64,000 nucleotides of DNA from Malacoraja senta (lineage: Eukaryota), in contig CM075993.1 in the NCBI GenBank assembly GCA_038087875.1, positions 7,008,001 through 7,072,000 on the forward strand, given 5' to 3'. Below, piece after piece: positions 11,616 through 26,129 of the stretch (position 1 is the first letter of the stretch; every line of letters begins with the position of its first letter). Under the pieces are notes generated by a model. It was not told the origin of the DNA. It saw nothing but the letters and a program-made list of their open reading frames with translations, and ran no database searches. The position numbers and the translations under genes were made by a program.

Positions 11616-12244
11616 AAAATGGATTCTGGGGATTAATTTCAATAAATAGGGATTTGTCCAATGACCACAAAAAAAAGCAAAATAAAAGCAAAAACCTGCA
11701 ATTGCTGGAAATCTAAAATAAAAATAGAAAATTATGGAAATACGCAGCGGGTCAGACAACATATGTGGAAAAAGAAACATTAAATGTTTCAGGTCTAGGA
11801 TCTTCATCAGCTTTGTACAGTATATTTTTGTTATGACATGGTATTTACTGTGTGTCATGGGGAAGAGATGCATTAGTAACATCTTGTGAAGGTGCCAGTT
11901 AAATGCAACTCATTGGAACCACAGTCCCAGTCCCATGCGTAAGCTACCATTTCGCAATCAATTTCGTTGTGGTAATAGAATCACAGCTGGTTATTGAAGG
12001 ATGTGTAATAAGGATATAGTTATATTTTCAAAAGGATGATGAGAAAAATTGGCTCGGGTTTAATTAAATAAAGCGGATAATACTAATTTGTGCACTACAG
12101 AATAAATAACCTTCCTATTGCAAGTTATTCTAGAACTGTATACAGTAGAATAACTGTTCTAGTTGACAAATATGTGGGATTGCTAATCTAACCAATTAAA
12201 GGTCATGTAGTAATAGCATCCAAATAAGATTATTGGCGAGGAGA

Positions 12245-12460
12245 AATGTGTTGGAAGGAACTGCAGATGCTGGTTTAAACCGAAGATACACACAAAAAGC
12301 TGGAACAACTCAGTGGGTCAGACAGCATCTATGGAGAAAAGCAATAGGTGACGTTTCGGATTAAGACCCTTCAGTCTGAAGAAGGGTCTCAAACATCACC
12401 TATTCCTTTTCTCCAGAGACGCTGTGTGACCAGTTGAGTTACTCCAGCTTTTTGTGTCTA
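12245..12460. mobile_element. Fold-back PLE-derived short element
   Basis: GAACTGCAGATGCTGG...CTGAAGAAGGGTCTC...ACTCCAGCTTTTTGTGTCTA with inverted arms; imperfect TSD TATTGG..AGGAGA. Confidence 0.75.
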
Positions 12461-14480
12461 TTGGTTAGGAGAGCTGAGCTTGCATTGGCCTTTACTGACC
12501 TTTGTACCTCTGGAGATTAATTGTTACCAAGTAATTCGTGGGTGAAAAGAAATGGTTGGGGAGATTTCTTCGTGATTTTCTTTAACGCAACTGCCTTACG
12601 ATGTCAAGGAAGAAATAACATGAAGAAAAAAGGAACGGCAAATGCTGGTTTACAAAAAAACCCACAAGTGTTGGAGTAACTCCACAGGTCAGGCAGCATC
12701 TCTGGAGAACATGGATAGATGATATTTTAGGTCGGAACCCTTTTGCAGAAATAATATGGAGTATATGAGAGAATTAATTTGAAAAGTTCTGCTATTTTGT
12801 TGAATACAATCGAGCGGTGGTGGGGGGAGATACATTATAACCACATTGATGTCTATAGATACTTAATGGGATGAAAGTTAATTAGGTTTTATCCCATTTC
12901 TGATGAATATGGAAAAGCAGCCATTGCTATTTAAGCTGAGATTTTGTTATTTTTCTAGGATTATTCTATGCCCAATAATTAATGTTTGGCATGAAGAAAA
13001 TTGAGAAAATTTTGCAAAAGAGAATCTTTGAAAATAAGTTATTTCACATAGGAAAGACACAACTGGGTCACGCTGCTACCTTCGGTGTCAAAATATCTAG
13101 GTTTGATTCTTAATGGGAAAAGCTTACTGGTGAATGCAAAGTGTATACACACAGCTGTATTTAGAATCGGGACATTCTGGGCATCTGGTGTAGGAGAGTA
13201 CACAATGAATTAGCTGTTCTTTGAGTATCTCATATGAAGTATGGGGATCCAGTTGTATGGTTTATGGGTGTGGCACAGTCCCAGACTACTTCTGCAGGTA
13301 GCCTAAATTTTGCTTCCAACATATTTATAAATAAAAAACCATCTTCAGTATTCCTAAATGAGGAAAATCATTTTAAATTGATTGAAGTGACCTACTGTGA
13401 CATTTGTCATTTTGAATACTGCCTGCTGCCAGTTATCTGTCTGTGCCTGAATATCTGAGGGAAGAAAAAGAAGAAAGCTTTTCTATTAACAACTTGAGTC
13501 ATGTCAAATATTGGTAAGTACATTAGATGTATAAGACTAGGTGGAGCAGTCATCAATGCATGTAGCAAAATAACACAACTTAGCCAGTTTAGGATTTATT
13601 TGCAGGCATGCGGGGTGCTCTGGTTTTTTCCCCATACCTCAAATACATATGGGTTGGTAGTTAATTAGTCACTATAAATTGCCCCCAGTGTGCAGATGAG
13701 TGGTAGAATCTAGAGTTTATTGATAAGAAAGTGAAGGAATATAAAGTGGGATCAATGTAGGATTCATGTAAACAGATAATTGATGGTCAACAACGATTTG
13801 GTCAGTTGAAGGGCTTGTTTCCATCATGTATGCCTCTATAAACCATAGATTGAAGCAAATTAGTCAGATAGAATTGGCAATCCTTCACAGGCATGTGTGC
13901 TGCAGAGGAGGAACTTAAGTACTGAATGATGCACATACATTATTTCTACTGATCTTTGTGTCATTTGAGGTATACTAATCCTATTTAGTTTAGCAATGCA
14001 GCATGGAAATAAGCCCTTCGGCCCATAGTGTCCACACCACCCATCAATCACCCGTTCATGCTAGTTTTATGTTATCCCACTTTCACTTCCACTCCTTACA
14101 TATTAGGGGCAATTTACAGTAGCCAACTAACCTACAATCTTTAGGATGTGGGAGGAAATCAGAGCAGCTGGAGGAAAGCCAAGAGAACATGCATGTAGAA
14201 ATGGCAAAGAGGCAGGAAGACTTGCATTTATGTAGCTCGTTTCACATTCCTTTCAGGTAATTTACAGTCAACGTTATTTTTGAAGTTATGTCACTTCTGT
14301 ATTGTAACTATACAAAAAGGTCACCTGTTTGTAATGGGTAACCTGTTTGTAGTGTTAATCAATGTCATAATGGGGTTATGGATCTTCTGCTTCCACCTGC
14401 AAATGCAGGTGAGGTGCTATTTTAATTACTCATCCAAAAGAGTGCACTTCAGTCGGCATTAATTACAACTTCCTCAATAT

Positions 14481-15028
14481 AATGTGTAGGAAAGAACTGC
14501 GGATGCTGGTTTAAATTGAAGGTAGACACAAAATGCTGGAGGAACTCAGCGGGACAGGCAGCATCTCCAGAGAGTCGAGTGTTTTATTGTCATATGTCCC
14601 AGATAGAACAATGAAATCCTTACTTACTGCAGCACAACAGAATATGTAAACATAGTACACTGTAAACAATATGATAAACGAGAGAGAAAAAAAAAGTTCA
14701 GTGTGTATATGTACACATACCCTCTCTCACACACACATGGACACGCATGTGCACACACACATATATATAACAAACAATAGTAGTATAATAATAGTCAGAG
14801 CTTATTTGAGGTTGTAGTGTTTAATAGCCTGATGGCAGTAGGGAAGAAGCTGTTCCTGAACCTGGACGTTACAGTTTTCAGGCTCCTGTACCTTCTTTCC
14901 GATGGCGAGGGCAGAAGGAACGGGCGATGTTTCAGTCTGCTGAAGGGTCTCGACCCAAAACATCGGCTGTTCCTTCTCTCCGGAGATGCTGCCTATCCCG
15001 CTGAGTTGCTCAAGCATTTTGTGTCTAC
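14481..15028. mobile_element. Fold-back PLE derivative with a nested minus-strand Rex1/Babar 3' fragment (about 14572-14912)
   Basis: 12-bp TSD CTTCCTCAATAT at 14469-14480 and 15029-15040. The inner piece encodes the LYLLSDG-type C-terminus and tail on the minus strand. Confidence 0.75.
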
Positions 15029-18000
15029 CTTCCTCAATATCATTTTCAGTTGAACCTTTGGTTGTTGGAGAGAAACAGGCACATGTTTACCAGTGCCCTG
15101 AGGTTGATATTTGTTCCTTGACCAGGACTACCAAGGTAGTGACATTGTCATTGTTGCTTTATGGGAGCTTGCTCTACATATATGAGACTATATTGCAACA
15201 ATATATACTCTGTGATATCTGTAGGTTAAAAGTGGTTAAGCAGTCATGCATGTGTCTGCAGCACTCCTGATCTCCATTTGACTTGTGTTCTCTTGCCATT
15301 CAACTAAGCCATAGTCTGTCAAGCTCATGTGTTCATTGCCCAATACAAACGAGTTGTGTTCAATGCCCATAACCAAATTAATTTTTGTACTGGCCATTAG
15401 CACTTCTCAGTACTGGAGTGGAAGTAGGTCATGGAAAGTTCACAAAATGCTGGAGTAACGCAGCAGGTTCAGCAGCATGCACATGGATGGCTGACGTTTC
15501 AGGTCGGGACTCTTCTTCCTGACTCGAAACGTCACCCATCCACGTTCTCCAGGGATGCTGCCTGACATGCTGAGTTACTCCAGCATTTTATGTCTTTCCT
15601 TGGTAAACCAGCATCTTCGGTTCCATGTTTCTAGAAGCAAGTCATCATTGAATATGCAGGACTGTCAAAGAAGAAGAGTTGACATCTGCAGGCTGTGTTC
15701 CGGGGGGGAGGGATCCTTCCATCTTCATCATGAGTTTGGGATTGCCAAGATGACTGATTTATTGAGAAGCTAAGCTAACGATCTGCAAATGGCAATGGAT
15801 TTTTGAGGCAGTTTCCATGTCAACCACCACTACAGTTACTGCAATTATCGGGATGTTTCTTTGTGAAGAGGCATGATATTTGCTGTTTTTCATGGCAAAA
15901 CTCAATGCTACAGTGAATAAAAATACATGAACCATACTATACCACTGATTTAGATCAAAGCTGCAAGGAAGGGGAAAGAACTGGATTCGAACCTTAAGAG
16001 TTACTGAACTATAATGTGATTTTTTAATTATTATTTTTTCCCCTTCTTTCTTCACATTAATTAAAGCATTACATTAGAACTTCTGATACCTGACTGAATT
16101 TTAAAATACCTCTGCATAAAATAGTGTGTGTGTTACATTCATGGCTTTCGCACAGCGTAGTTGTAGGTATGAACAGAAAAGGAGAGCTGGTCTATCTGCT
16201 TGACAAGGTCACAGATTTTGTTCTGTTGTCCCCTGAGGCAGGTTTTCCAAGACTACTGTGCAGGGAGCACCAGCAGAGTCAAATTAAACTGTCTTTAGTT
16301 TAGTCATACTGAGAGGTCTATTCTATATGTTACCTTTATTTTTAAAAGTGCACATTCACATCTGTGTCGCAAGAATAATTATTTTTTTTCGTTTGCATGT
16401 TATGAATTTCTTGGTATTTTTAGGTGTGTTCAGCTACTTTACCATATTAATTCAAATTCATAGTGGTATCACTGGGAAGTTGGTGTTTATTTAGAAAGAT
16501 GTGGTTTGTAGATTGCTTTATGCTCCAGAGCAACAGGACATTATATAGGTTTATCACCTCTTCATAACCAATGCTTGTGTAACACTCTTAACTGAATAAG
16601 CCTTGAGAAAGAACTAAAGTTTGAGTTTGGAAACATTTGTGAAATAAATGATTATGATTTAGCTTGGGGCATGAGCTATGTGTCACCTATGTTATAACAG
16701 AGACAGATTAGTGTCAAATGATGCTAGTTGATGATCCAGATGGCTTTTTACTCCAAATCAAGAGAACATACATCTCGAGCTAATAGATTTCTGGTCTAAT
16801 GTCAGGCTGTGCAAATGTTATCTCTCAAATTATTTTAAAAGTCTAACCATTGTAAGTCAATAGATGCATGAAGTGATTAGGAATTGGAGGTTACCATACA
16901 CGCCATCATACCTGTCCCACCCTTTTAGTGAAACTTTGATAGAGTAAAACAAATGTAAAATGGTACGGGGAAGAGAATAGAGAAAGAATGAATGTTTAAG
17001 AAGGAACTGCAGATGCTGGAAAATCGAAGGTAGACAAAAGTGCTGGAGAAACTCAGCGGGTGCAGCAGCATCTATGGAGCGAAGGAAATAGGAAACCCTT
17101 CTTCAGACTGATTCTTCATTCTTCAGAATGAAAATGGGGAGCCAACAATAACAAAAAATGAAAGGGGCTCAGAAAAGTTTGATAATGTGCATTGGGTTTA
17201 TGGTATCTGCATTATGAATTTTTTGCATTAGGGACATATGTCCGCAATATAACTCATTAAACACATTTTGGTAATAATCAGTCATTTCTAGACATGAAAC
17301 ATTTTAAGCTTTAAAATGTAACTGGTAATGGGGAAAACGTCTACTAATATGTTGATAAATCTTTATTCCTGTTTTTAATCCCGTATTAAGTAAGTCTATG
17401 TAAGCAGCTTTAATGATTATCTAGATGGCTCTTGAGGTTTGATGTTGATTGTATTTTCACTATTTCCTGGGACTGTGCACCCAAGCATGTTATAGCATGA
17501 GATGTAGAAACATTGGTAAGACCTGTTCTCTCATCGGGTTTAAAACTCTGATTTTGTTTTCACACAATAGAAATGCGGACTTTGTCTCTTACTGTGTGTA
17601 GATTTACTTAGTGAAGCTTTATTTCTGAGAACTTAATTATTCAACAACTCTTGGAACCTTTCTATGCAACCCACAATATACCGCAAATAGAGATTTGAAG
17701 ACTTTAAAACACCGCTGCGGGTAATTTGATCAGAGAATTTGGAACCTGTACTAATATGTGCGAAAGTATGTCATACAGTTTATTATAATTTTTAGAGCAA
17801 CTAACGCAAGTAGCTGAAATGTGCAGTGTTTTGCATTTTGGAGCAGTTACTCAATGATTCTGTGTTCTTTTGTGTAAGCATATATGTAACAGGAATGTCT
17901 TTGTTTTTGGCATGTATGTGCAATGAAACATTCTACCTTGAGGCTTTGTTCAGCAGGTTGGGTATTCAGCAACAGATTTTGGCTTCTAAAAATTATTTTT

Positions 18001-19129
18001 GCTTTTTTCTGTTCCCATTTTGGAGTCATCTTTTCCCAAGGGTTTTTCTTCTTGCCTTGCTTGGTACCACAGTAAACAGGAACTTGAGGTCTACCTGGCC
18101 CACATCAACCATCTTGGGAGTGAAGTAACCTCTTTAGGGACTGTCAGTAATCTGGTATTCTCAGGACAATACATAGAGCACAAATTGGCTTTCTTTCTCC
18201 CCTCTGAACATGCCAAACAAAATTTGAGCATTTGTGCCCAAATATGAGTGTGTAAATGGTCAAATTACATTAAAAAAATATACTGAAATTACTACCTGAA
18301 TTATCTTTTCAAATTCCATGTCATTACTCTTTTGAAAATTTCTACTTGTTGCCCATTAAATTATGGGTTTTCTTATTGCTGCAATTGAATAAAAAGTGCA
18401 AGATGAGTGCTCATTGATTATCACAAGAAATTCAGGCTCCAAAACAGAATATTTCAGTTCCTCGTTCTTACTGGATGTGTTATTAAATTGTTTCCTGTAA
18501 CCTGTTATAGATTAGTTACCGTGGTGTTGCAGCTTTCTACTATTGTGATTTGAAGGGAAACTGGGAGAACATGAACCTAATTTTGTTGTTCTTATTAGTA
18601 CACAGATGTCATCAATGGTAGCAATAGAGGTCTAAAGGAGGCAGTGCTTCAGAATTGTACAAAAGCTCACAAATATCTGGATACCCAGGTGTAACCAACA
18701 TGCAAAGTATAATTGAAGGGTGCATATGGTTATTATAGAAATTTAAATTCCAGTTATTACAGCTGTGCTTCCCCATAACACATGTTCAGTGAAACCTTTC
18801 CAAGGTAATTTCATTATTGACAGAATAAATTCCAATTAATTATGCATTTTAAATTTGGCCATTTGACTAACTTGAAGAGTAAGGCTAGGGAATCCTAGCC
18901 CTGTGATTTACCACTATTATTCAAAGAATAAAGACACGAGACTGCAGATACTAGACTTGAGCAAAAAAAAACCAAATTGCTGTAGGAACTTGGTGGTCCA
19001 GGCAGCATCTGTGCAGGCAAATGGACTGACGACGCTTTGGTTCAGCATCTTTATTTGGACTGATGTAGTAGAGGGAAGAAAGCAGGTCTAGAGAGGTGAG
19101 TGAAAGGGGTGGGCAAGAACTGGCAAGTA

Positions 19130-19348
19130 ATAGGAAAGAACTGCAGATGTTGGTTTAAATCGAAGATGGACACAAAATGCTGGAGTACGTCAGCGGGAAA
19201 GGCAGCATCTCTGGAGAGAAGGAATGGGTGACATTTCGGATCGAGACCCTTCAGACTGAAGAAGTGTTCTACCCGAAACGTCACCCATTCCTTCTCTCCA
19301 GAGATGATGCCTGTCCTGCTGACTTATGCCAGCATTTTGTGTCTATCT
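19130..19348. mobile_element. Fold-back PLE-derived short element inside an older PLE relic (about 18933-19540)
   Basis: Long inverted arms centred near 19255; degenerate hammerhead-like cores on both strands. Confidence 0.75.
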
Positions 19349-19964
19349 TACTGGTAGGTGATAGATGAATTCAGATGAGGAGGGTGTCTGGTAGATTAGT
19401 CAAGGGGGGGAGAGATGCATGTAGACGCTCGAGGTGAAGTGGAGACAAGGGTGCGAATGTGGAATCTGATAAGGGATTTCCCCTCAACTCAGTCTGGAGA
19501 GGATCCCAATCTGAAATGTGTCTGTCCATGTCCCTCCTTTTAAACACTTGATTCATTCTTCCTTTTCAACATTGCATTACATTTTATGGATTAACTGATT
19601 ACATAAATGCAGGATGTTGCTATTTTATTATGGGATCGGTACTGGCAATCGCACACATAGCTGACTGTATCAACGGATGTAGCTAACTAGCTAACCAACC
19701 TTATATGTCACTTCAAGGTTGCTCAACGATTGATTATCACATTACCTTCAGTTTAGGGTATACATTATGTTTTGCAACCTCTGATCTCTAAGATATGTCA
19801 TTTTCAGCTTTTAGTTTGTTAGGCAAGTGAATCAGCTAAGAGAAGTTGCCGTAATTATTTCCTCAATGGAATTATTTTTGCCAAAATGTGCCATTGCTCT
19901 CTATTGAATGATTCTTGCAGGATATATTTGATTATAGTTCTATTTCAAAACATGAGGAAACTTT

Positions 19965-20727
19965 ACATAGAAACATAGAAAATAGGTGCAGGAGTAGGCC
20001 ATTCGGCCCTTCGAGCCTGCACCGCCATTTGATATGATCATGGCTGATCATCCAACTCCGTATCCCATCTCTGCCTTCTCTCCATACCCCCTGAGCCCTT
20101 TAGCCACAAGGGCCACATCTAACTCCCTCTTAAACATAGCCAATGAACTGGCCTCAACTACCTTCTGTGGCAGTGAATTCCACAGATTCACCACTCTCTG
20201 TGTAAAAAATGATTTCCTCATCTCGGTCCTATAAGTCTTCCCTCTTATCCTTAAACTGTGACCCCTGGTTCTGGACTTCCCCAACATCGGGAATAATCTT
20301 CCTGCATCTAGCCTGTCCAACCCCTTAAGAATTTTGTAAGTTTCTATAAGATCCCCCCTCAGTCTTCTGAATTCCAACGTGTACAAGCCAAGTCTATCCA
20401 GTCTTTCCTCGTATGAAAGTCCTGCCATCCCAGGAATCAGTCTGGTGAACCTTCTCTGTACTCCCTCTATGGCAAGAATGTCTTTCCTCAGATTAGGAGA
20501 CCAAAACTGTATGCAATACTCCAGGTGTGGTCTCACCAAGACCCTGTACAACTGCAGTAGAACCTCCCTGCTCTTATACTCAAATCCTTTTGCTATGAAT
20601 GCTAACATACCATTTGCTTTCTTCACTGCCTGCTGCACCTGCATTCCTACTTTCAATGACTGGTGTACCATGACACCCAGGTCTCGTTGCATCTCCCCTT
20701 TTCCTAATCGGCCACCATTCAGATAAT
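19965..20727 (-). mobile_element. CR1-clade LINE 3' fragment, young
   Basis: ORF 20048-20761 has RDLGV, LVRPHLEYC, RLRGDLIETYK, FFTQRVVNLWNSLP. Typical GGCCGAATGGCCTACTCCTGCACCTATTTTCTATGTTTCTATG tail. Confidence 0.93.
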
Positions 20728-23700
20728 ACAGCATCACAGTGTTCAGATACCATTGAATCACTGCAATTCATGATAAGTAGTAGGTGAGTCTCTTCAGCTT
20801 AAAGTTATCAGCTGAGAGGTAAAGATGAGCTCTTCTTGACATGGCATTTATGATTAAATGTTTATGTTATGAAAGATCTTTGAGAATGGGAAAATTGCTT
20901 GCTGAATGTTTGTTTTTTAAATCTCAATCAAATTTTGAAACATAATTTCAGCAAATATTACTATAATAATCTCCACTGGGGTATTGATCTCTCCCAAGTA
21001 GGCCTACTCTAATGACATCACAGCAGTTTGCCTCCATTGTAGATAGAGAATGTTGATTCTGTGGAATCATGCAATGAAGACAGCACAATGGTAAACCACA
21101 CTAAGGCTGTAAAATATCAGTCAACATCTGCAGGGATGCTATGGAAAGACATTTAATCAAGCTATCCTTTAAATCAGGGACGTATTTTTGATGAGTAATT
21201 AAAATACCATAAACGTTATGGAAGTAACAAATATAGTTGTGCAAGTAACGTACAATAACATAATTCTCATGACTTGCATAATTTATTCTACTCTGTGAAC
21301 TGCATGACCAATTAATTTATATGCTTGTATTCACTCTCAAACATTCATTATTTGCTATATAACCATCTGCATCCTTCAGTTATCTGTTGCTTCGTGTTTA
21401 CACCTGGGTATTCACTGTCTTGTGAGTAAACCAGTTAATCATTCACTTTGATCACAACTTGGAAGTAACTCCCAAATATCCATACTTATACAGTTGGAGT
21501 TGACGGTGTTTTTTTATTTTCCTTTATTGGGAAAGAGAGTCCATTGTGAAGGAACAGGAAAATAACATGTTGATAATTTCACAACCAGACGAGACTAAGG
21601 ATAAAAATCTTCCCGGACTAACATTTGGAGTCTTCCCCGAAGTGTATTTGGATGAACGTAATCCCAAATTGTCAGTTTAATGGGCATGGATTATAATTTA
21701 AAAATGAAAGTTCTAGAACATTTTATTCAGAGTGGTTAAAATCAAGAATTCTAGTAGATGATAGAAAGACCAACGTTTCATTTCAGTTGTATTTCAAATA
21801 TTTTTTGGTTAAATGCAAGGGAATGACATTGAGCACACATGGAAATGCCTCATGCTGACTAAATGCCTAAAATAATACAGGCTTTATTTACCAGAGTTTC
21901 CTCAGTGGCAGATGCCCATAAAAAGTAAATCAAAAATATTAATTTATTCAAATAATGTGAATGGACTATTCATCATTGTTTTGACATGACTAGCATAGGC
22001 ACTGCCAAAGAAAGCTTAATGACCTTCAGAGGCTGGGTGTTCTGGAGCAAGTGATTTGTTTCCACTCACTAATGCCTGTTTGCCATGCACAAGCCACTAA
22101 ATTAGAAGTGTAATGGAATACTTTTTACTACCTGGATGAATGCAACTCCAACAATATACAAGGAGCATAACTCCATCCAGGGCACAAGCAGTCTTTCATC
22201 ATCCACCAAAGTAAACGTTCATTCCTAGGATACTCGGACTGCATTTACAGAACCCACACCAAGAAGGACTTAGATAGCAGGTGCATGGGAGTACCACCAC
22301 CTGCGGTCTCCCCTCCGTCATTTTTTTTCTTGATGTGGAAATATCACTGTTCCTTCATCACTGAAATCCAGGGTTAAAATCCAAGAAAGGTCAGAAAGTG
22401 CTGGAGTAACTCAGTGGGTCAGACAGCATCTCTGAAGAACATGGATAGGTGACATTTCAGATTGGGACCCTCAATCCAGGAACACCCTACCTAACAACCT
22501 TGTGGAAATATCTTCAGAAGGATTGTAAGGGTTCACCACCAGTCAGAGATGATCAATAAATCCGAGTTTTATTAGTAACACCATATTGTTGTAAAATGAA
22601 TAACTAAAATTGTGAACTTGAGGCCAATAGTTACACACATCATTTAACACATAATTATATATATATATTTTTAAATGTTTTTATTTTCAATTTACTTGGA
22701 GAAAAGCATTTTGCAAAATAATTCCAAGAGTAATATTGATATTGAAGCTGAGGCAATGACTCCCATCTCTAACTGGGATGTATTTTCATTCATTGGGAGA
22801 TGCAAACACTGCAACAACAGAGCCACACTGCCATTGTTCCCAACACATCTGCAAATTAATTACTTGTGAAAGTTATAACTAGCCAAGAACAAAAGATTGA
22901 GCTTGCAATCACTCTGGTTTTTCTCCAGTCATCTGTTGTAGTATTTCCCAAGTAGCCTAGTTTGTAAGTAAAAAAACAATTGCTCTGAAATGAATGCCCC
23001 CAAGGTGAAAGTGATTTTTCTGCAACTCCTCCTTTTCTTCTCTGCCGTTTATGGAATTCAAAGACATCTTTGTCTTTCATGTTTGAATACTGCACATGCA
23101 GCAACCAGCTACACCAAGGAAGCATAAAGCAACAGTATTTTTACTGTGATATAATATCCCTCCTCGTGCTGGGTATCAGTGCAGTAGTGGATATAGCAAA
23201 CTGGGAGGAAACTATGGTAACTTTGGTTACTGTGGTAACTTTAGTTGCAGGCTTGTGCCATATTTCTGGAAATGATTTCTTATGGTCTGGCGTAAAGTAG
23301 GGTAAAGCATTCCTATCAGATATTTTGAACGAATTTACAATAGTTTTGTCAATTTGGGTAATGTTAAGTTTTTAAAACTGTAAACTTAAGGTAAACTTGT
23401 GAATTTACTTAAGACATGTTTTTTTAAGTTGCGTGTGATATGGAAGTTTTCTTGTTTGACAGTGAGTAACGTTTTTTTTTTTTTTTAATGCCACAAAGTG
23501 CTGGAATAACTCAGTGGGCCAGGCAGCAGCCCTGGTGTGCATGGATAGGTGACATTTCGGGACCCTTCAGATTGTAGGGAGGGGGGGGGGGGGGGTTGAA
23601 TCCAGCATCTGCAGTTCCTTGTTTTTACACTGTGGTTCATTTGACTACCATAAAAGATTGAGTGGTGTGATGCAGAATTAATGTATCCTAAATTAACTAT

Positions 23701-24854
23701 TTCATGAATGATTTGAAATATATTGATTGAGATCTTAAATTATGTTGAATTGTGAGCAGTAAGTAGCTGAATCACTTGCACATCTATCTTTTTTTCTTTG
23801 CTCCCTATACATGTTCCATTTATGTTTGGATTCCTTGTATTTTGTTCCAAAATGCTTAAGAGTTAAACTATGGAGTCGGGGTATATTGAACTGCATTTGT
23901 ATTCTCTTGAGAATGGACCATTGAGGTGATCTAACTGCAGAATTTACATTGATCCAAGTTTTAACATGATTGATGGAAAGATAATATTTCCTCTTAATAG
24001 AGGTGCACTAGATTGTGATTGAAATATGATAAGTAAAAGAAAGCCATTAACAGATAGTTCAAGGCCTAAGGGACACAATTTGAACGTTTTGGGAAAATTG
24101 AAAGCAAGTTTAAGAACTCTTTCTGCAGATCTGGAAGTCATTGTTTCAGGAAAACAGAAGTAGAAAATCAAGGCTTTCAAAATGGTAGGCAATTAAAAAC
24201 AAGAATAACAGTGCTGTGGGGAAAATGTGGCAATAGGACTGACTGGATTGTTTTACTGGACCTGCACAGACTCCATGCATCTTATAACCTCCTATGCCAT
24301 AATGATATTGCCACTCTAATTGGACACTGCAAAATGGCATTGTGCAAGACTGCAATACTACTGCCAGCCTATTGTTGGAATGTATTATCTGAAAAAGCAA
24401 AAGATAACACACCTTGAGGAAAAAAAAGGATTGATGCTAAAAATGTTCAACTGACAAAGTTTTCTGGCAAAGTTAAGCAAAATGGAGAGCATCTGTTTTG
24501 CAGGGAGGACTATGGTGGATACGCCAAACCAGCTTCGAGGAACACGTGTGTCAAACTTTTATTTAGAAAATAATAACTCTGGTTTGCTACATTTGCATTT
24601 TCCTTGTACATTTTGAGTTGTAGTCATACAAGATAGGGCAGGCCAAATCGACAGTGACCATCAACATCTCCAGATTATTCTACTCACGTAAACATCGGGG
24701 CAATTTACAGTGGCCAAGTGACTTACCAACTGAACATTTTTAGGTGTGGGAGGAAGCTGAGCATCCAGATGAAACCCATATGGGTACAGGGAGAACAGTA
24801 GAGGTCAAGATTGAACCCCGATGATTGGAGCCGAGTGTCAAAAAAAGAAATTCA

Positions 24855-25160
24855 TTAGTTTGGAGATACAGCACAGAAACAGGCCCTTCGGGCGACCGAG
24901 TTCGTGCCAACCAGTGATCCCCGCACCCTAACACTATCCTACACACACACTATGGACAATTTATAATTTTACCAAGCCAATTAACCTACAAACCTGTATG
25001 TCTTTAGAATGTGGAAGGAAACTGGAGCTTCCGGAGCAAATCCATGCAGGTCATGCAGAGAACGTATTAACACCATATAGACAGTACCCGTAGTCACAAT
25101 CGAACCTGGGTCTCTGGTGCGGTAAGGCAGCAACTCTACCGCTGTGCCACCATGCCGCCC
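24855..25160 (-). mobile_element. tRNA-derived V-type SINE
   Basis: Reverse complement of GGGCGGCATGGTGGCACAGCGGTAGAG...GGTTCGAT... with a CR1-like tail. Confidence 0.8.
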
Positions 25161-25640
25161 CAAATTTGGGCCAACAAAAATGTATTCATAATTCATGGCA
25201 ATTGTTAGCAATGTGCAATAATGAATATCTATGCAAATTGGAATTGTATAGAAAGACATCCTTGCAACGCATGGTGAGTCACATCAAAGTATGGAGTTAA
25301 ATCACTGGCAAATAAGGTGACATACTAAATTCATTGTAAAAATTTGACACTTCCCACACATTTTTTTACTACAATTGGTACTCTACAAACTAATAATTTT
25401 GCAGAACTAAAACAATAATCAATTGGACATTAATTATCATCCCAACCCCCATTTCCTGCATTTCCTGGTCACTCCTCTAAAGTGTTCCCAAAAGGGAAAG
25501 TCACCTTCCCCCTCCCTCCCCCTTTTACGAACTCAATTCTGCCAACCAGCAGATGCTGTCATGGTTGGTGATGCTCATTCCAATTCAGCGTGAAGTGACA
25601 GCTAAATACATAAGCAGGTATTGCACCATGGTCTTAAACA

Positions 25641-26129
25641 TTTAAGAAAGAACTGCAGATGCTGGAAAAATTGAAGGTAAACAAAAATGCTGGAGAAAAT
25701 CCTAGCAAAGTGCTTAAAATGAACATCACTTTTTTGCAACTAGGTCACGAGTAATCTTGTTTAAGACCATAGGTAGACAAAAATGCTGGAGAAACTCAGC
25801 AGGTGAGGCAGCATCTGTGGAGCGAAGGAAAAGGTGGCGTTTCGGGTCGAGACCCTTGGAGTGTAAACTACCCAAGTGAAATATGGGTAGTTTACACCCC
25901 AGCGGCATGAACATTGACTTCTCCAATTTCAGATAGTCCTTGCTTTCTCCCTCTTTCCCCTCCCCTTCCCAGCTCTCCCACAGCCAACTGTCTCTGCCTC
26001 TTCCTTTCTTTCCCCCCCCCCCCCCCCCACATCAGTCTGAAGAAGGGTCTCGACCCGAAACGTCGCCTATTCCTTCGCTCCATAGATGCTGCCTCACCCG
26101 CTGAGTTTCTCCAGCATTTTTGTCTACCT
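25641..26129 (+). mobile_element. Complex PLE insertion with internal inversions and a captured inverted 3' flank
   Basis: 13-bp TSD ATGGTCTTAAACA at 25628-25640 and 26130-26142. GIY-YIG C-terminal remnant (GSLHPSGMNIDF). Hammerhead core at 26037-26064. Confidence 0.85.
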
